Shown here: piece after piece, positions 27,499 through 37,745 of the stretch
Layout of the letters: each line of letters begins with the position of its first letter
Position numbering within the stretch: the first letter of the stretch is position 1
Assembly (NCBI GenBank): GCA_035285545.1
Contig: JAYKGY010000115.1
Span: forward strand, 1 to 46,105
Reading direction: 5' to 3'
Length of the DNA stretch: 46,105 bases
Source: Snowella sp.
GTDB lineage: Bacteria; Cyanobacteriota; Cyanobacteriia; Cyanobacteriales; Microcystaceae
Position numbers and translations under genes: made by a program
The notes under the pieces: generated by a model
The model's input: the letters and a program-made list of their open reading frames with translations, nothing else
Database searches by the model: none
What the model was told of the DNA's origin: nothing

Positions 27499-30400
27499 GG
27501 TTACATTCACTTTCTAATGCTACTTTTACTGTCTCATACTCTTGGCGTAATGTTTCCCAATGCTGCGGTGCAGTGCTAAGGTCCTCAGCTCGTGCCAGAT
27601 TTTCCAAAATTTTACAATGTTTAGCAAAGGCAATGGCTCCTAAATTAGCACTACTTGACCCTAAACTATGCACCGACATCCGTAACCGATTGGCATCCCC
27701 TTGCGCGATCGCCTGTTCAATTTGGGTTAGTAAGGTTGGCGTGGTGGTGAGGTACTCCTGAATAATGCCTTGCAAAACCATATTTCCTTGGGAGCCACCC
27801 AATTGGCGAATCGACGCTAATACTTTTTGATCCAAAATAGGCGTTTGGGGAGTAGCCGGTTCAGTTGGCGGTGAATGGGGGGACTGAGGGGGGTTAATGG
27901 TTTCCGAATTCCCCTCTTCAGGAATAGAGATGTCTAATTCTTGGGTTGCTCGGTGTAAGCTTTCTTGCAATTCATTGATCCGAATGGGTTTGCTGATGTA
28001 ATCATTCATGCCGAGTTCTAAACAGCGTTCGCGATCGCCCAACATCGAATAGGCCGTGACCGCAATAATCCAAGGACGCATGGGATCGGGTTTCTGCTGA
28101 CGAATCAATCCCGTTGCCGTTAACCCATCCATCTCAGGCATTTCCACATCCATGAGAATGACATCATAATCCGCCTGTTCCAAGGCTTGTAAGACCTCCT
28201 CCCCATTACTCACCACATCCGCCCGATAACCAAACTTTTTCAGTAACAGCACTGCCACTTGCTGGTTAATGGTATTGTCCTCTGCTAACAAAATACGGAG
28301 CGGAGCAACCGTCTGCACACTTTTGATGCTGTCCCGTTTTACCGAGGAAATAACGGTGGGTGTATCTGCATTTTGGGCGTTAAAGGTTTGGACGAGTATA
28401 TTGTAGAGGGTCGAAGGTTGAATCGGACTTTGCAACCAGGCAGCAAATTGGACTTTTGTTTGTTCTTGCCGCTCACTCGGAGAGAGGTAAACCCCCGTTA
28501 ACATAATGAGGGGAATCGTCTGAGCAGTGGGCAGGGCACGAATGGCTTCTGCGAGGGTAATCCCATCCATCTCTGGCATATTGAGATCGAGAATCACTAG
28601 GTCGAATCTCTGGTTTGATTTCAGCCAAGCTAAACTTTCTAGCGGAGATTGCGTGATAGCCGCCACTATATCCCATTTTTCCAATTGTTCTTTTAAAAAA
28701 TGGCAATTGACCGCGTTATCATCCACAATCAAAACCCGACGATTTTGTAAGACCGATAGGGGAAGTAGCTCAGTGGTCGCGCCAGGAAACTCGGAAGAAG
28801 AGGCTAATTTGAGGGCAACGGTAAAATAAAAAGTTGTACCAGGGATATCCGCTGTTTGCGCCGCCACAAACTTGGTAGAAGGAATTCCCCCCACCGCGCC
28901 TTGACTTTCTACCCAAATTTCTCCTCCCATCATTTCAGTTAAACGGGCAGAAATCGCTAAACCTAAGCCGGTTCCTCCATATTTGCGAGTAATCGAGGTA
29001 TTGACTTGGCTAAAGGCTTGAAAAAGTAATTGCTGTTGTTGAGCCGTAATCCCAATGCCCGTATCTTGAACTACAAAGCGTAATTTGTAATAATCCTGCG
29101 CTTCATTTTGCTCTTCGACGGAAACCGACACCGTAACACTTCCTTTATCGGTAAATTTGACGGCATTACTCAGTAAATTGACTAAAACTTGTCGCAGTCG
29201 GGTGACATCGCCCACCACAAAGCGCGGCACCTGGGGATCTCCTCGATAAATTAGCTCTAAATTCTTGGTTTTGGCTTTGGGGATCACCAGTTGGATGGCT
29301 TCTTCGACACAGAGTGGCAGTTCAAAGGGATGTTCTTCTAGTTCTAATTTCCCGGATTCAATTTTGGAAAAGTCTAAAATATCATTGATAAGAGTCAGAA
29401 GATTTTCACCACTGTTGCGAATGATTTCCGTGTAGTATTGCTGCTGAGAACTGAGGGCAGTATCTAGCATTAATCCCGTCATCCCGATAATGGCATTCAT
29501 GGGGGTGCGGATTTCATGGCTCATGGTGGCCAAAAATTCACTTTTAGCTCGATTCGCTGCTTCTGCCGCGTGGGTCGCCGAGGCGAGGTCTTCATTTTGC
29601 TCAAGTAATTGCTGACGAATTTTGCGTTCTTGCTCTAGGGAGTGGGCCTGGGCGAGGGCAATCCCAACTTGGGCGGCAACGTCTTCGAGAAGTTCGATTT
29701 CCTGTTGATTCCATTGACAAGGGCGTTGACAATAATGCAGGGTGAGAATTCCGTTGGGTTTTCCCTGATAGGATGTGCGAACAGCAATCATTGAGCGAAT
29801 ATTTAATTGACGATACAAGGGATAGGACTCTTGTAATAAGGGATCGGTTTCGATTTTTTCAGAAAAAACGGCGTGATCCTGGCTCAGAATCTTTTGAATA
29901 TAGGGACTCGTTACCAAAGATTCGGCTAAATAGCGCATTACCCCGATTCCATCGGTTAAATATTCGGCGACACAGTGAATTTGAGGGTCAGGGGTTTCTA
30001 GGTAGGTATGAAGAATACAGCGATCGGCCCCAAAGGTTGTTCCCAGTTGATTGACGGTGGTTTGAAAGATTTGTTGGCTGTCTAAACTGCTGCGAATTTC
30101 TTCGGTAATGTTTTTTAATAACACTGTCCAGCGCAATTTTTGCTCTAACATCTGTTCGGCTTGTTTTTGGGCCGTGATATCTCGATAGAGCCAAAGATGT
30201 CCGTAATACTCCCCTTCGACGAAGATCGGAACGTAATCTCGCTCAAAAATTTGACCGTTGCGGAGTAGGATTTCTTCATTGGTCACGTTTTCTCGTCGGT
30301 TGGCGATCGCGGTCGAACACTGGTGAAATTGGTCGGGATTGGCCAATAGGGTTTTCATCCGTAATAAAACCAGTCCTGCATCCAATCCAATCAGCTTATC

Positions 30401-31003
30401 CGCCGTCGCATTGATGCCAAACAAACGACAAAATTCAGGGTTGACTAAGACAATCGTTCCCGATTCATTTTCCACTAAAACCCCGGCCTGGAGATTTTGA
30501 ATCAGGGTACTCAGGCGGGAAGTCGTGGTACGGAGTACATGATCAGCTTTGCGTAATTCGGCTTCAGTGGCTTGTTGCTCTGCTAAGGCCTGGGTCAGGC
30601 GATCGCGGGTTTGTTTGAGTTCCAAGTGGGTCTTAACCCTAGCCAGCAATTCAGGCGGATTAAAGGGTTTCGTGACATAATCCACTGCTCCTCGTTCAAA
30701 GGCTTGGAGTAAATGAATTTTTTCGCTACTAGCCGTGAGAAAAATGATTGGAATATTTGCTGTTTGGCTATTAGCTTTCAGTTGAGAGCATACCTCTAGC
30801 CCATCAATTTCAGGCATCATTAAGTCTAATAGGATCAAGTCGGGTTGGGCAGCCTCTACCCGCTTCATTACTTCCCGACCGGCGGTCACAAAAGTTGTAC
30901 TATAGCCGCATTCCTCTAACAATTCTGCAATGAGATGAATGTTCGTCCTTACATCATCCACAATCAGAATGAGAAAATCTTCTGGGTTAAATGATTCCAT
31001 CAT
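27491..31003 (-). CDS. Hybrid sensor histidine kinase (REC-PAS-GAF-HisKA-HATPase-REC-REC-Hpt)
   Basis: [15 protein letters not shown]-box, [22 protein letters not shown], three receiver domains and Hpt [16 protein letters not shown] 31003 preferred. Confidence 0.95.
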   Translation of the reverse strand: MMESFNPEDFLILIVDDVRTNIHLIAELLEECGYSTTFVTAGREVMKRVEAAQPDLILLDLMMPEIDGLEVCSQLKANSQTANIPIIFLTASSEKIHLLQAFERGAVDYVTKPFNPPELLARVKTHLELKQTRDRLTQALAEQQATEAELRKADHVLRTTTSRLSTLIQNLQAGVLVENESGTIVLVNPEFCRLFGINATADKLIGLDAGLVLLRMKTLLANPDQFHQCSTAIANRRENVTNEEILLRNGQIFERDYVPIFVEGEYYGHLWLYRDITAQKQAEQMLEQKLRWTVLLKNITEEIRSSLDSQQIFQTTVNQLGTTFGADRCILHTYLETPDPQIHCVAEYLTDGIGVMRYLAESLVTSPYIQKILSQDHAVFSEKIETDPLLQESYPLYRQLNIRSMIAVRTSYQGKPNGILTLHYCQRPCQWNQQEIELLEDVAAQVGIALAQAHSLEQERKIRQQLLEQNEDLASATHAAEAANRAKSEFLATMSHEIRTPMNAIIGMTGLMLDTALSSQQQYYTEIIRNSGENLLTLINDILDFSKIESGKLELEEHPFELPLCVEEAIQLVIPKAKTKNLELIYRGDPQVPRFVVGDVTRLRQVLVNLLSNAVKFTDKGSVTVSVSVEEQNEAQDYYKLRFVVQDTGIGITAQQQQLLFQAFSQVNTSITRKYGGTGLGLAISARLTEMMGGEIWVESQGAVGGIPSTKFVAAQTADIPGTTFYFTVALKLASSSEFPGATTELLPLSVLQNRRVLIVDDNAVNCHFLKEQLEKWDIVAAITQSPLESLAWLKSNQRFDLVILDLNMPEMDGITLAEAIRALPTAQTIPLIMLTGVYLSPSERQEQTKVQFAAWLQSPIQPSTLYNILVQTFNAQNADTPTVISSVKRDSIKSVQTVAPLRILLAEDNTINQQVAVLLLKKFGYRADVVSNGEEVLQALEQADYDVILMDVEMPEMDGLTATGLIRQQKPDPMRPWIIAVTAYSMLGDRERCLELGMNDYISKPIRINELQESLHRATQELDISIPEEGNSETINPPQSPHSPPTEPATPQTPILDQKVLASIRQLGGSQGNMVLQGIIQEYLTTTPTLLTQIEQAIAQGDANRLRMSVHSLGSSSANLGAIAFAKHCKILENLARAEDLSTAPQHWETLRQEYETVKVALESECNHG

Positions 31004-31402
31004 TTCATCATTTAGCGTTGAAAATAATATTGACGTACTCAATCCGCTTATTTTTACTGCTTAAGTTGAGAGGGTCTCAAACAAACGATTAAAAAATTAA
31101 CGAGATGATAATGTTTGATGACTAAAAGTGGAAATCTTAAATCCTTTGAAGTCACCTTATCACAAATTCTAGGAATGAAATTGATTATACTCAAGTTAGC
31201 GAGCCTTAAGCTTTAATAAAACCTTTAGTTTTTGACTTTCTCACCATCAGGTTTTAACAGGATCAAGACCTTGAACACCGGATTAACTGACAACGCATTA
31301 AAACATTAGAGTAGATCCTGTCGTCAGCTTAGGATCGTTTTCTTCTGTAATATTTGACTATTTACGACTCTGGTTGCCTCGTTTTTTCGTCTTTGCTGTT
31401 TG

Positions 31403-31561
31403 ACGTTTATCGCTCTCAAGCACTTCAACGCCCTGAGCGGTAACATAAAGAGTCGCCACCGCCAGAATAACCCAAAGACGAGAAAGAGAACAAACGGAAC
31501 AAATCTCAGACTTTTGGACATTCCAGCCATTAGACTGATCATCTAAAAAACTCTCTTCAAT
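31403..31561 (-). pseudogene. Internal fragment of an IS4-like DDE transposase
   Basis: Manual translation IEESFLDDQSNGWNVQKSEICSVCSLSRLWVILAVATLYVTAQGVEVLESDKR resembles the segment around the catalytic E in cyanobacterial IS4-type transposases; no start codon and truncated at both ends. Confidence 0.7.
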
Positions 31562-31693
31562 AGAATAAGGGTTTCAGGTTCTTCTTTATTTTCAATAAGC
31601 TGGTTTTAATGATAATAGCCGACGAAAGAATAGGACTTTGAGATCGGGAAAATCAAGTGATCGCTCAAATAAAAAGATAACGGGAAAAGTCAG
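31562..31693 (-). repeat. Truncated MITE copy, inverted relative to 32915-33047
   Basis: The 132 bp equal the reverse complement of 32915-33047 apart from one substitution and one G-run indel. Confidence 0.9.
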
Positions 31694-31870
31694 ATTGCTA
31701 TTTTATTTTCATCTGCATTCTTTTTCTTTTAATAATGACTCCGATGAAAAATTGCGAGAATTTGCCCAAGAGAGACTGAAGGATTGGGAAACATCTGAAA
31801 AATAATGGGAACTTGCCCAATAAAAATTGCAACATAGGGGAAAAAGAACTCAAATTACAAAATTGAGACA

Positions 31871-32302
31871 ATGCAATATGAATGGGATAAGATGAAAAAT
31901 GAGATCAATCAACAAAAACATGGACTCAGCTTTGAAGATGCTTATTTAGTCTTTGAAGGAGAGTGTGTGAGCTTTGTAGATGATCGCTTTGCCTACAGTG
32001 AATTGAGATTAATTACGTTAGGCAAATTAGAAGGTCGAATGGTCGTGATTGTCCATACTCCTCGCCAAAATAAAACTCGTATTATTTCGCAAACCATCGT
32101 GAACAAAAAATTTATCAAAAGCGACTTGATCAAAATTGACCAAATGACAGATGAGGATATTGATTACTCAGATATTCCTGAATTGGGAGACGAATTTTTT
32201 ACTAAAACTACCGTTCCTTTTCCCCGTCCTTATGCAAACCCATCTATTTCAGAGGATTCCGACTATTTTTCCTTAAATAAATCCCTACATCAACCAAAAT
32301 GA
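31871..32302 (+). pseudogene. BrnT toxin frameshifted and fused to a truncated BrnA antitoxin
   Basis: YEWD..KNEINQQKHGLSFEDA...RIIS is BrnT. The native tail ANHREQKIYQKRLDQN* lies in another frame (32089-32139). GTG 32099 starts BrnA-like DQMTDEDIDYSDIPEL, which lacks the C-terminal RHH domain. Confidence 0.75.
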
Positions 32303-32327
32303 AAAAGTTAGGCAGACTGATGACTGT

Positions 32328-32572
32328 TTAAAATTTCAGCCAAGATTTCCCTTGAGATAAATAATCCGTTAAAATATTTTCTGAAAAATCAATGTCTTCT
32401 TGAGCAAATTCTACCTTTAAGGATTGAGATTCTTCTTCAGAAATATTATCCCAATTTTGAAAAAGGAATTGGTTTGTAAAGATTGAACAAATTCAAAAAC
32501 TTTTTGTAATTTTTCCTGGGGCAATTCTTAAAGATTTTGTATAATTTTTTCCTGAAGATTAACTTGAGTCAT
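32328..32572 (-). pseudogene. Degraded small antitoxin-like (DUF2281-like) gene
   Basis: MTQVNLQEKIIQNL*ELPQEKLQKVFEFVQSL..., with an in-frame TAA and a later frameshift to QNWDNISEEESQSLKVEFAQEDIDFSE. Confidence 0.5.
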
Positions 32573-32914
32573 AGACATTAATAACACCTATCAACGCATC
32601 ACACTAATTATAGACTATTATCTTTTTTAGCAAAACTCGAAGCATCTCGGCCAATAAAATCAGCAATCAACTCTACACATCGGGGATTGTTCACACTATG
32701 AGCACAAAAGAAAGACTACTAATGGTCAAATTAACTTGACCTCAGTTACGATACTCTCTACCTAGAAAGCATAATAACTGTAGAGTGCGATCATTCAAAT
32801 TTTACAAAGAGAGATGACAAAAAATCTCTGTTTCAATGATATTGAAAAACTTAATTTTATTACGGAATCAAGAACAAGGGATAACCTAACACCGACAGCC
32901 ATCCCTGATAATAC

Positions 32915-33080
32915 CTGACTTTTCCCGTTATCTTTTTATTTGAGCGATCACTTGATTTTCCCCGATCTCAAAGTCCTATTCTTTCGTCGGCTATTATCAT
33001 TAAAACCAGTTTATTGAAAATAAAGAAGAACCTGAAACCCTTATTCTGTCGTCAATCTCAGACTTAGCGGGAAAAGTAAG
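32915..33080 (+). mobile_element. Complete 166-bp MITE-like element
   Basis: Terminal inverted repeats CTGACTTTTCCCGTTA / TAGCGGGAAAAGTAAG (14/16 match), non-coding, with a second copy at 31562-31693. Confidence 0.8.
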
Positions 33081-33183
33081 ATAGCTTAATCATGTCAGCG
33101 ATCGCCAATCGCCAGGCTTCCTCTAGCGTCAAATCTTTTTTAAGGGTCAAACATTCCGCCGTTAACGCCCCAAACGCCAATAT

Positions 33184-33220
33184 CAAGAATCCTAGCCCTT
33201 TAGGGCGGAGAGGATGTCAA
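33184..33220 (+). mobile_element. Isolated IS200/IS605-family (TnpB-associated) right end
   Basis: CAAGAATCCTAGCCCTTTAGGGCGGAGAGGATGTCAA: GAATCC, a GCCCT-TT-AGGGC hairpin and terminal TCAA as in IS605-group right ends; no tnpA/tnpB nearby. Confidence 0.7.
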
Positions 33221-34116
33221 TTAACGTATTGGTTGTTATTCCAAGTTCCTTCAACTTGTGTCCCGTCTGCAAAGGTATAGACTCCTTTCCCATGTTTTTG
33301 TCCATTTTCAAATGCTCCTTTGTAGGTATCGCCATTTACATAGTCACAGATAGCCTGACCTTGTAATTGATTAGCTTGAAACTCTCCTTGGCAGCGATCG
33401 CCGTTAGCAAAAATAAAGATGCCTTTGTTGCTAAACTGACCGTTTTTCATTTGCCCTTCATATTTATTGCCGTTTGCGAAGGTATAAATGCCCGTGCCTT
33501 CAATAACCCCATTTAAAAAAGTTCCTTCATATTTATTGCCATTTGCAAAAGTATAAATGCCTTTTCCATTCGGTTTTCCGTTTGTTAAGTCTCCTTCATA
33601 GCGATGATTATTTGCATAGATGCAGAGTCCTGTTCCATTGATTTGGCCGTCTTTGATTTGCCCTTGACAGCGATCGCCGTTGGCATAAATAAAGGCTCCT
33701 TTTCCATTCGGTAATCCATTAGCAAACTCACCTTCGTATTTATTTCCATTCGCTAAAGAATAAACTCCCTGACCGTAGGGTTGCCCATCTCGAAATTGAC
33801 CCTCATAGCGATCGCCATCGGGATAGAGACGAACCCCTTTACCTTCAATTTTCTCAGATTGAAATTCTCCCTCATAGTATCCCCCTTCTGCAAACGTATA
33901 TTTTCCCTTTCCTTGTTTTTTACCATCAACAAAATTTCCTTCATAGCGATCGCCATTGGCAAAAGTACAAGTCGCTTTTCCATTGAGGTTTCCTGAAGTA
34001 ATTTCGCCCTCACAACGACCTCCATCGGCGAGGACAATAGTACCTGCTTGGGCAGAATGGGTAAAAATTGCGGAACTTGCAATGAGGATTAAACCAACTT
34101 GTAAAAAAATTTTCAT
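33217..34116 (-). CDS. Secreted MORN-repeat protein
   Basis: Signal peptide ending SAQA, then tandem 23-aa YEG.F.NG...G.G.Y.FANG repeats with periodic Cys pairs. Confidence 0.92.
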   Translation of the reverse strand: MKIFLQVGLILIASSAIFTHSAQAGTIVLADGGRCEGEITSGNLNGKATCTFANGDRYEGNFVDGKKQGKGKYTFAEGGYYEGEFQSEKIEGKGVRLYPDGDRYEGQFRDGQPYGQGVYSLANGNKYEGEFANGLPNGKGAFIYANGDRCQGQIKDGQINGTGLCIYANNHRYEGDLTNGKPNGKGIYTFANGNKYEGTFLNGVIEGTGIYTFANGNKYEGQMKNGQFSNKGIFIFANGDRCQGEFQANQLQGQAICDYVNGDTYKGAFENGQKHGKGVYTFADGTQVEGTWNNNQYVN

Positions 34117-35900
34117 GGCTGTTCTTTTATTTCTAAATTAGTGTCTAATTTTTCGATAGGTTCGGTTGATTCAGTCGATTCGTTAGCTGGCAAAGGAGGA
34201 GGAGTTTGTTTTTCTAATTGCAATCGACGCTGACGTTCTTGACGTTCTTTTTCTAGCTGTGCCTGCCGTTCTTTTTGCTCTTGTTGCAATTGACGCTGCC
34301 GTTCCTGCCGTTCTTGTTCTAAGCGAGCTTGATTCTCTTTTTTCTTTTTTTCACGAGCTAGACGTGTTTTTTCCTGCTGTTCCCGCCGTTCTCTGGCTTG
34401 GCTATCAAACTCTGAACCTGCGACAACAAAATTTACACTGACCTGTACTGAAGCACTCTTGCTATCAGGGGGATTAGTAAATTTCATTTTTCGAGCGGCC
34501 AGAAGTGCTTCCCGATTAATGTTGCTGTTGCTATGACTGTTAACGAGAGTGGCACTGGTAACATTTCCTTGTGTATCGATCGTTACCCTAACGCCTGCTC
34601 GACCTTCTATTCCATTGAGTGCTGATGGATAGGACGGCTGACAATTGCTAATACAGATAATATCCTCTCGTTCATTATTAAGAGGGGATGGTGTGGGCTT
34701 AGGGCTTGGGCGTGAAGGAACGCCTTGACGAGTTGCAACGGGAGTTGAGGGGGTCGAGTTATTAGTAGTTTTGGACGGAGTAGAAATATTACTCAGACCA
34801 GCTTTGAGTTGTTCTCGACTTTGAGAATTACTTGGTTTGATAGCTCCTGTACTGCGATTGACTAGGGGCGGGGCAGAACGGGCGATCGCGTTTGGGCTGA
34901 CTTCCGAAGTGGGTAAAGATGCAGATTGATTCCCAAAACTATTTTTCAATTGTTCTCGATTGGGAGACTGGTTATTTTTAATGACTCCTGTTGTCCGATT
35001 AACTAAAGGAGGGGCCGAGGAGGCGATCGCTTCTAGATTGGACTCTGAAATTTGTGCAGTAGGAGACTGATTATCTAAGTTTGTTTTTAAAACATCTCGA
35101 TTGGGAGACTGATTATTTTTGATCACTCCTGTTGTTCGATTAACCAACGGCGGTGTAGAAGTTGCGATCGCGTTTGGGCTGACTTCCGAAGTGGGTAAAG
35201 ATGCAGATTGATTCCCAAAACTATTTTTCAATTGTTCTCGACTTTGAGAATTACTTGGTTTGATGACTCCTGTTGTCCGATTAACCAACGGTGGTGTAGA
35301 AGTTGCGATCGCTTCTGGTTTGACCGCCATCGGAAGAGTAGGGCTAGGAGCCGTAATAACTGGCTTATGGTCAGGAACAGGTGCGATCGGTTTGATCTGA
35401 GTAAGGGGTTCTAAAGGCGCAATGTTTTCTGGTGGCGCAATAGGTGGTGTGACAGGAGGCTCAATCGGTGTAACTTTAGCCTCAATCTTCGGAGGTGGGG
35501 TTATTGCAGAAAGTGTTTTGGGTGGGATTATTGCAGAGATTTTGGGGGGTGGGGAAATTTCCTGGGGTAGTGGTTGGCTTGGTTGAATAATTTTTTGCTG
35601 GGGAAGAGGCTGCCTCATCGTTGTTTGAAGCGGCACGGTTTTCGGTAACGGTTTAATCGAAGGTGGCGGAGGAATCGGTTGGACAGTTCGAGCTTTTGCA
35701 GGAACTTCAGGTTTCGGTTCTTCAATAATAATTAGCTCAATCGGCTCTTCAGTCACAGTCGGTTTGTTTTTCCAATTACTGACTACAACGGCAAGTCCAC
35801 TATGAACCGCGATCGAACCCATTAATCCGCAAGCTAACCACTTTCGTGTCTGTTGTATCTCTAATTGACGTTGCTCGATACAGAAGGCAGAACTAGACAT
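34113..35900 (-). CDS. tonB: TonB family energy transducer with long Pro-rich, repeat-containing linker
   Basis: TM anchor with SxxxH (GSIAVHSGL), Pro-rich linker, TonB_C (PSYP...IEGRAGVRVTIDTQGNV...AARKMKF) and C-terminal E/R/Q coiled coil. Confidence 0.85.
   Translation of the reverse strand: MSSSAFCIEQRQLEIQQTRKWLACGLMGSIAVHSGLAVVVSNWKNKPTVTEEPIELIIIEEPKPEVPAKARTVQPIPPPPSIKPLPKTVPLQTTMRQPLPQQKIIQPSQPLPQEISPPPKISAIIPPKTLSAITPPPKIEAKVTPIEPPVTPPIAPPENIAPLEPLTQIKPIAPVPDHKPVITAPSPTLPMAVKPEAIATSTPPLVNRTTGVIKPSNSQSREQLKNSFGNQSASLPTSEVSPNAIATSTPPLVNRTTGVIKNNQSPNRDVLKTNLDNQSPTAQISESNLEAIASSAPPLVNRTTGVIKNNQSPNREQLKNSFGNQSASLPTSEVSPNAIARSAPPLVNRSTGAIKPSNSQSREQLKAGLSNISTPSKTTNNSTPSTPVATRQGVPSRPSPKPTPSPLNNEREDIICISNCQPSYPSALNGIEGRAGVRVTIDTQGNVTSATLVNSHSNSNINREALLAARKMKFTNPPDSKSASVQVSVNFVVAGSEFDSQARERREQQEKTRLAREKKKKENQARLEQERQERQRQLQQEQKERQAQLEKERQERQRRLQLEKQTPPPLPANESTESTEPIEKLDTNLEIKEQP
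34800..35312 (-). repeat. About 3.6 intragenic 141-bp (47-aa) tandem repeats in tonB
   Basis: AIA(T/S/R)S(T/A)PPLVNR(T/S)TG units; GCGATCGC at 34882, 35023, 35164 and 35305, exactly 141 bp apart. Confidence 0.92.
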
Positions 35901-36450
35901 TTTTTCTATCTTTCCCTACAAAATAGTCGAAATAAGACCCTTTTGAACAGAATAGGTTCATTGATTTTAGATACTCCTAAGCATCGCTCCTTTAAAGATA
36001 TTGAAATATATTGCTACTATTGTCAATAGTTTTTGAGGCACACTTGAATAATACTGTCGATAAAAGCTATCTATGGCTTCCATAGAGAAATACAGAGCAA
36101 AAAAAATTTTTCTGATTTTTAACTCAAAATAATTATAAAAAAGCCTTAAAATCATCTATATAGCCAAAAATAGACAAAAAAGTCCTTTAATAGCTTTAAA
36201 GTAAAATATAGGCGAAAATAACTTGTTTAAACCAATAAATTGGCAAATTAGCTTTTTATTGGCATTGAGTTCCTCCAACAAGCCTTTTAAGCAAGTATAT
36301 TTCCAAAAGGATTACTGGGTAATTATTTGAACCACTAGAGTAGTTAGAAATCTCTCAAGAGAAACAAATATTTTTCTAGCGATGCCAGACTTATTTATGA
36401 ATTTATTGACAATTATTTTTATTAAATACTCCGACATGCTCTACAATAAC

Positions 36451-36467
36451 TTGAGAATAATTCTCAG
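36451..36467. promoter_or_regulatory. Fur box
   Basis: Perfect 7-1-7 palindrome TGAGAAT-A-ATTCTCA (36452-36466), 16 bp before the exbB ATG. Confidence 0.75.
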
Positions 36468-36482
36468 TTACTTTATCGGAAT

Positions 36483-37139
36483 ATGGTTTTCGTCAAAATG
36501 TTTCAGGCCGGTGGTATTGTCGCTTGGCCATTACTGGGCTTTTCTTTACTTGCAGTCGCTCTGATCATTGAGCGTCTTATCTTTTGGGCGCGGCTTCAAT
36601 CAAACCAACAGAATGTCGTCGTGGATGTATTCAAGTTGTACCGTAGTGATGCCGATCCGATGGTTGCGATCAGGCGACTCAAACAACATGCCGATTTACC
36701 GATCGCGCGTATTTTTCTAGAAGCCCTCGAACTGGAAGATGCCACACCGACGGAATTTCGTCTGGCGCTCGAAAGTGCAACTCAAGCGGAATTACCCCTA
36801 CTCAAGCGTTACAACACTTTATTTCAAACTATAATTACCGTCTCTCCCCTCCTGGGATTGTTAGGGACAATCTTAGGGTTGATGCAATCTTTTGCGTCGT
36901 TAAAACTGGGAAGTGCGAATACAACCAATGCCGCAGGGGTTACCTCTGGAATTAGTGAGGCGTTGATTTCGACCGTAATGGGTTTAGTGGTAGCGATTTC
37001 TGTGCTTTTATTTGCTAATGCTTTTCGTTCTCTCTATCAGCGTCAAATAGCATTTATTCAAGAATATGGCGGTCAGTTGGAACTGCTCTATCGCCGTTTA
37101 CACGAAAAAGGAGGTCGGCAATATGCGTCTTCCCGATGA
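36483..37139 (+). CDS. exbB: ExbB (MotA/TolQ/ExbB proton channel)
   Basis: GGIVAWPL, SPLLGLLGTILG, GISEALISTVMGL. Confidence 0.93.
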   Translation: MVFVKMFQAGGIVAWPLLGFSLLAVALIIERLIFWARLQSNQQNVVVDVFKLYRSDADPMVAIRRLKQHADLPIARIFLEALELEDATPTEFRLALESATQAELPLLKRYNTLFQTIITVSPLLGLLGTILGLMQSFASLKLGSANTTNAAGVTSGISEALISTVMGLVVAISVLLFANAFRSLYQRQIAFIQEYGGQLELLYRRLHEKGGRQYASSR

Positions 37140-37533
37140 ACCTGACTCCTACGGTGAAATTAATATTGTGCCGATGATCGATATTATTTTTTCGATTCTT
37201 GCCTTTTTTATTATTTCTTCCCTTTCTTTAACCCGATCAGAAGGTTTATCTGTGGATCTTCCTTCTGCTAAAACCGCATCGGTTAAACAGACTGAGCAGA
37301 TCAACATCACGATCAAGCCCGATGGAAATCTGTTTCTGAATCGCCAACCGATCGCGCTAGAAGGTCTCCAACCATCCCTTACCCAAATGATTCCTTCAGG
37401 CAATGAAAGCTTAGTCATTGTTAATGCCGATGAAAAAGTTGATCATGGCAGTGTTGTACAAGTCATGGATCAGGTACGACAGGTTAAGGGGGCAAAACTC
37501 GCGATCGCGGCTAAGAAAATTAATCAAAATTAG
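37123..37533 (+). CDS. exbD: ExbD
   Basis: EINIVPMIDIIF, VDLPSA, NADEKVDHGSVVQVMD; ATG 37123 after AAGGAGG. Confidence 0.93.
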   Translation: MRLPDEPDSYGEINIVPMIDIIFSILAFFIISSLSLTRSEGLSVDLPSAKTASVKQTEQINITIKPDGNLFLNRQPIALEGLQPSLTQMIPSGNESLVIVNADEKVDHGSVVQVMDQVRQVKGAKLAIAAKKINQN

Positions 37534-37745
37534 GAATCGTTAACTAAAACTCTCTAATCGTTTATTAACCTAGTTTGATTTCTCAGAATAAATAAAACTC
37601 TAAGAAAATGCCGTCTTAGGGAATGATTGTGCTGCCATAAATTTAAGTAATTTCATTTATTGTTACGCCTGTGAAACTTGAATGATTACTAACCAATTAA
37701 ATGGCACAAAGCTTAAAACTTATCCAGAGTTTTAGAAAATTTCTG

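Noticed and set aside
31324..31542. 72-aa basic ORF superficially like a small ribosomal protein
   Set aside because: It is an alternate frame of the transposase fragment, with no S21 motif.
33085..33183. Minus-strand open stretch ILAFGALTAECLTLKKDLTLEEAWRLAIADM between the MITE and the IS605 end
   Set aside because: Looks like a stranded gene fragment, but I cannot assign a family.
35901..36482. Short ORFs and TTGACA hexamers in the AT-rich tonB-exbB spacer
   Set aside because: The ORFs look random and the -10 elements are not at convincing spacing; only the Fur palindrome was kept.
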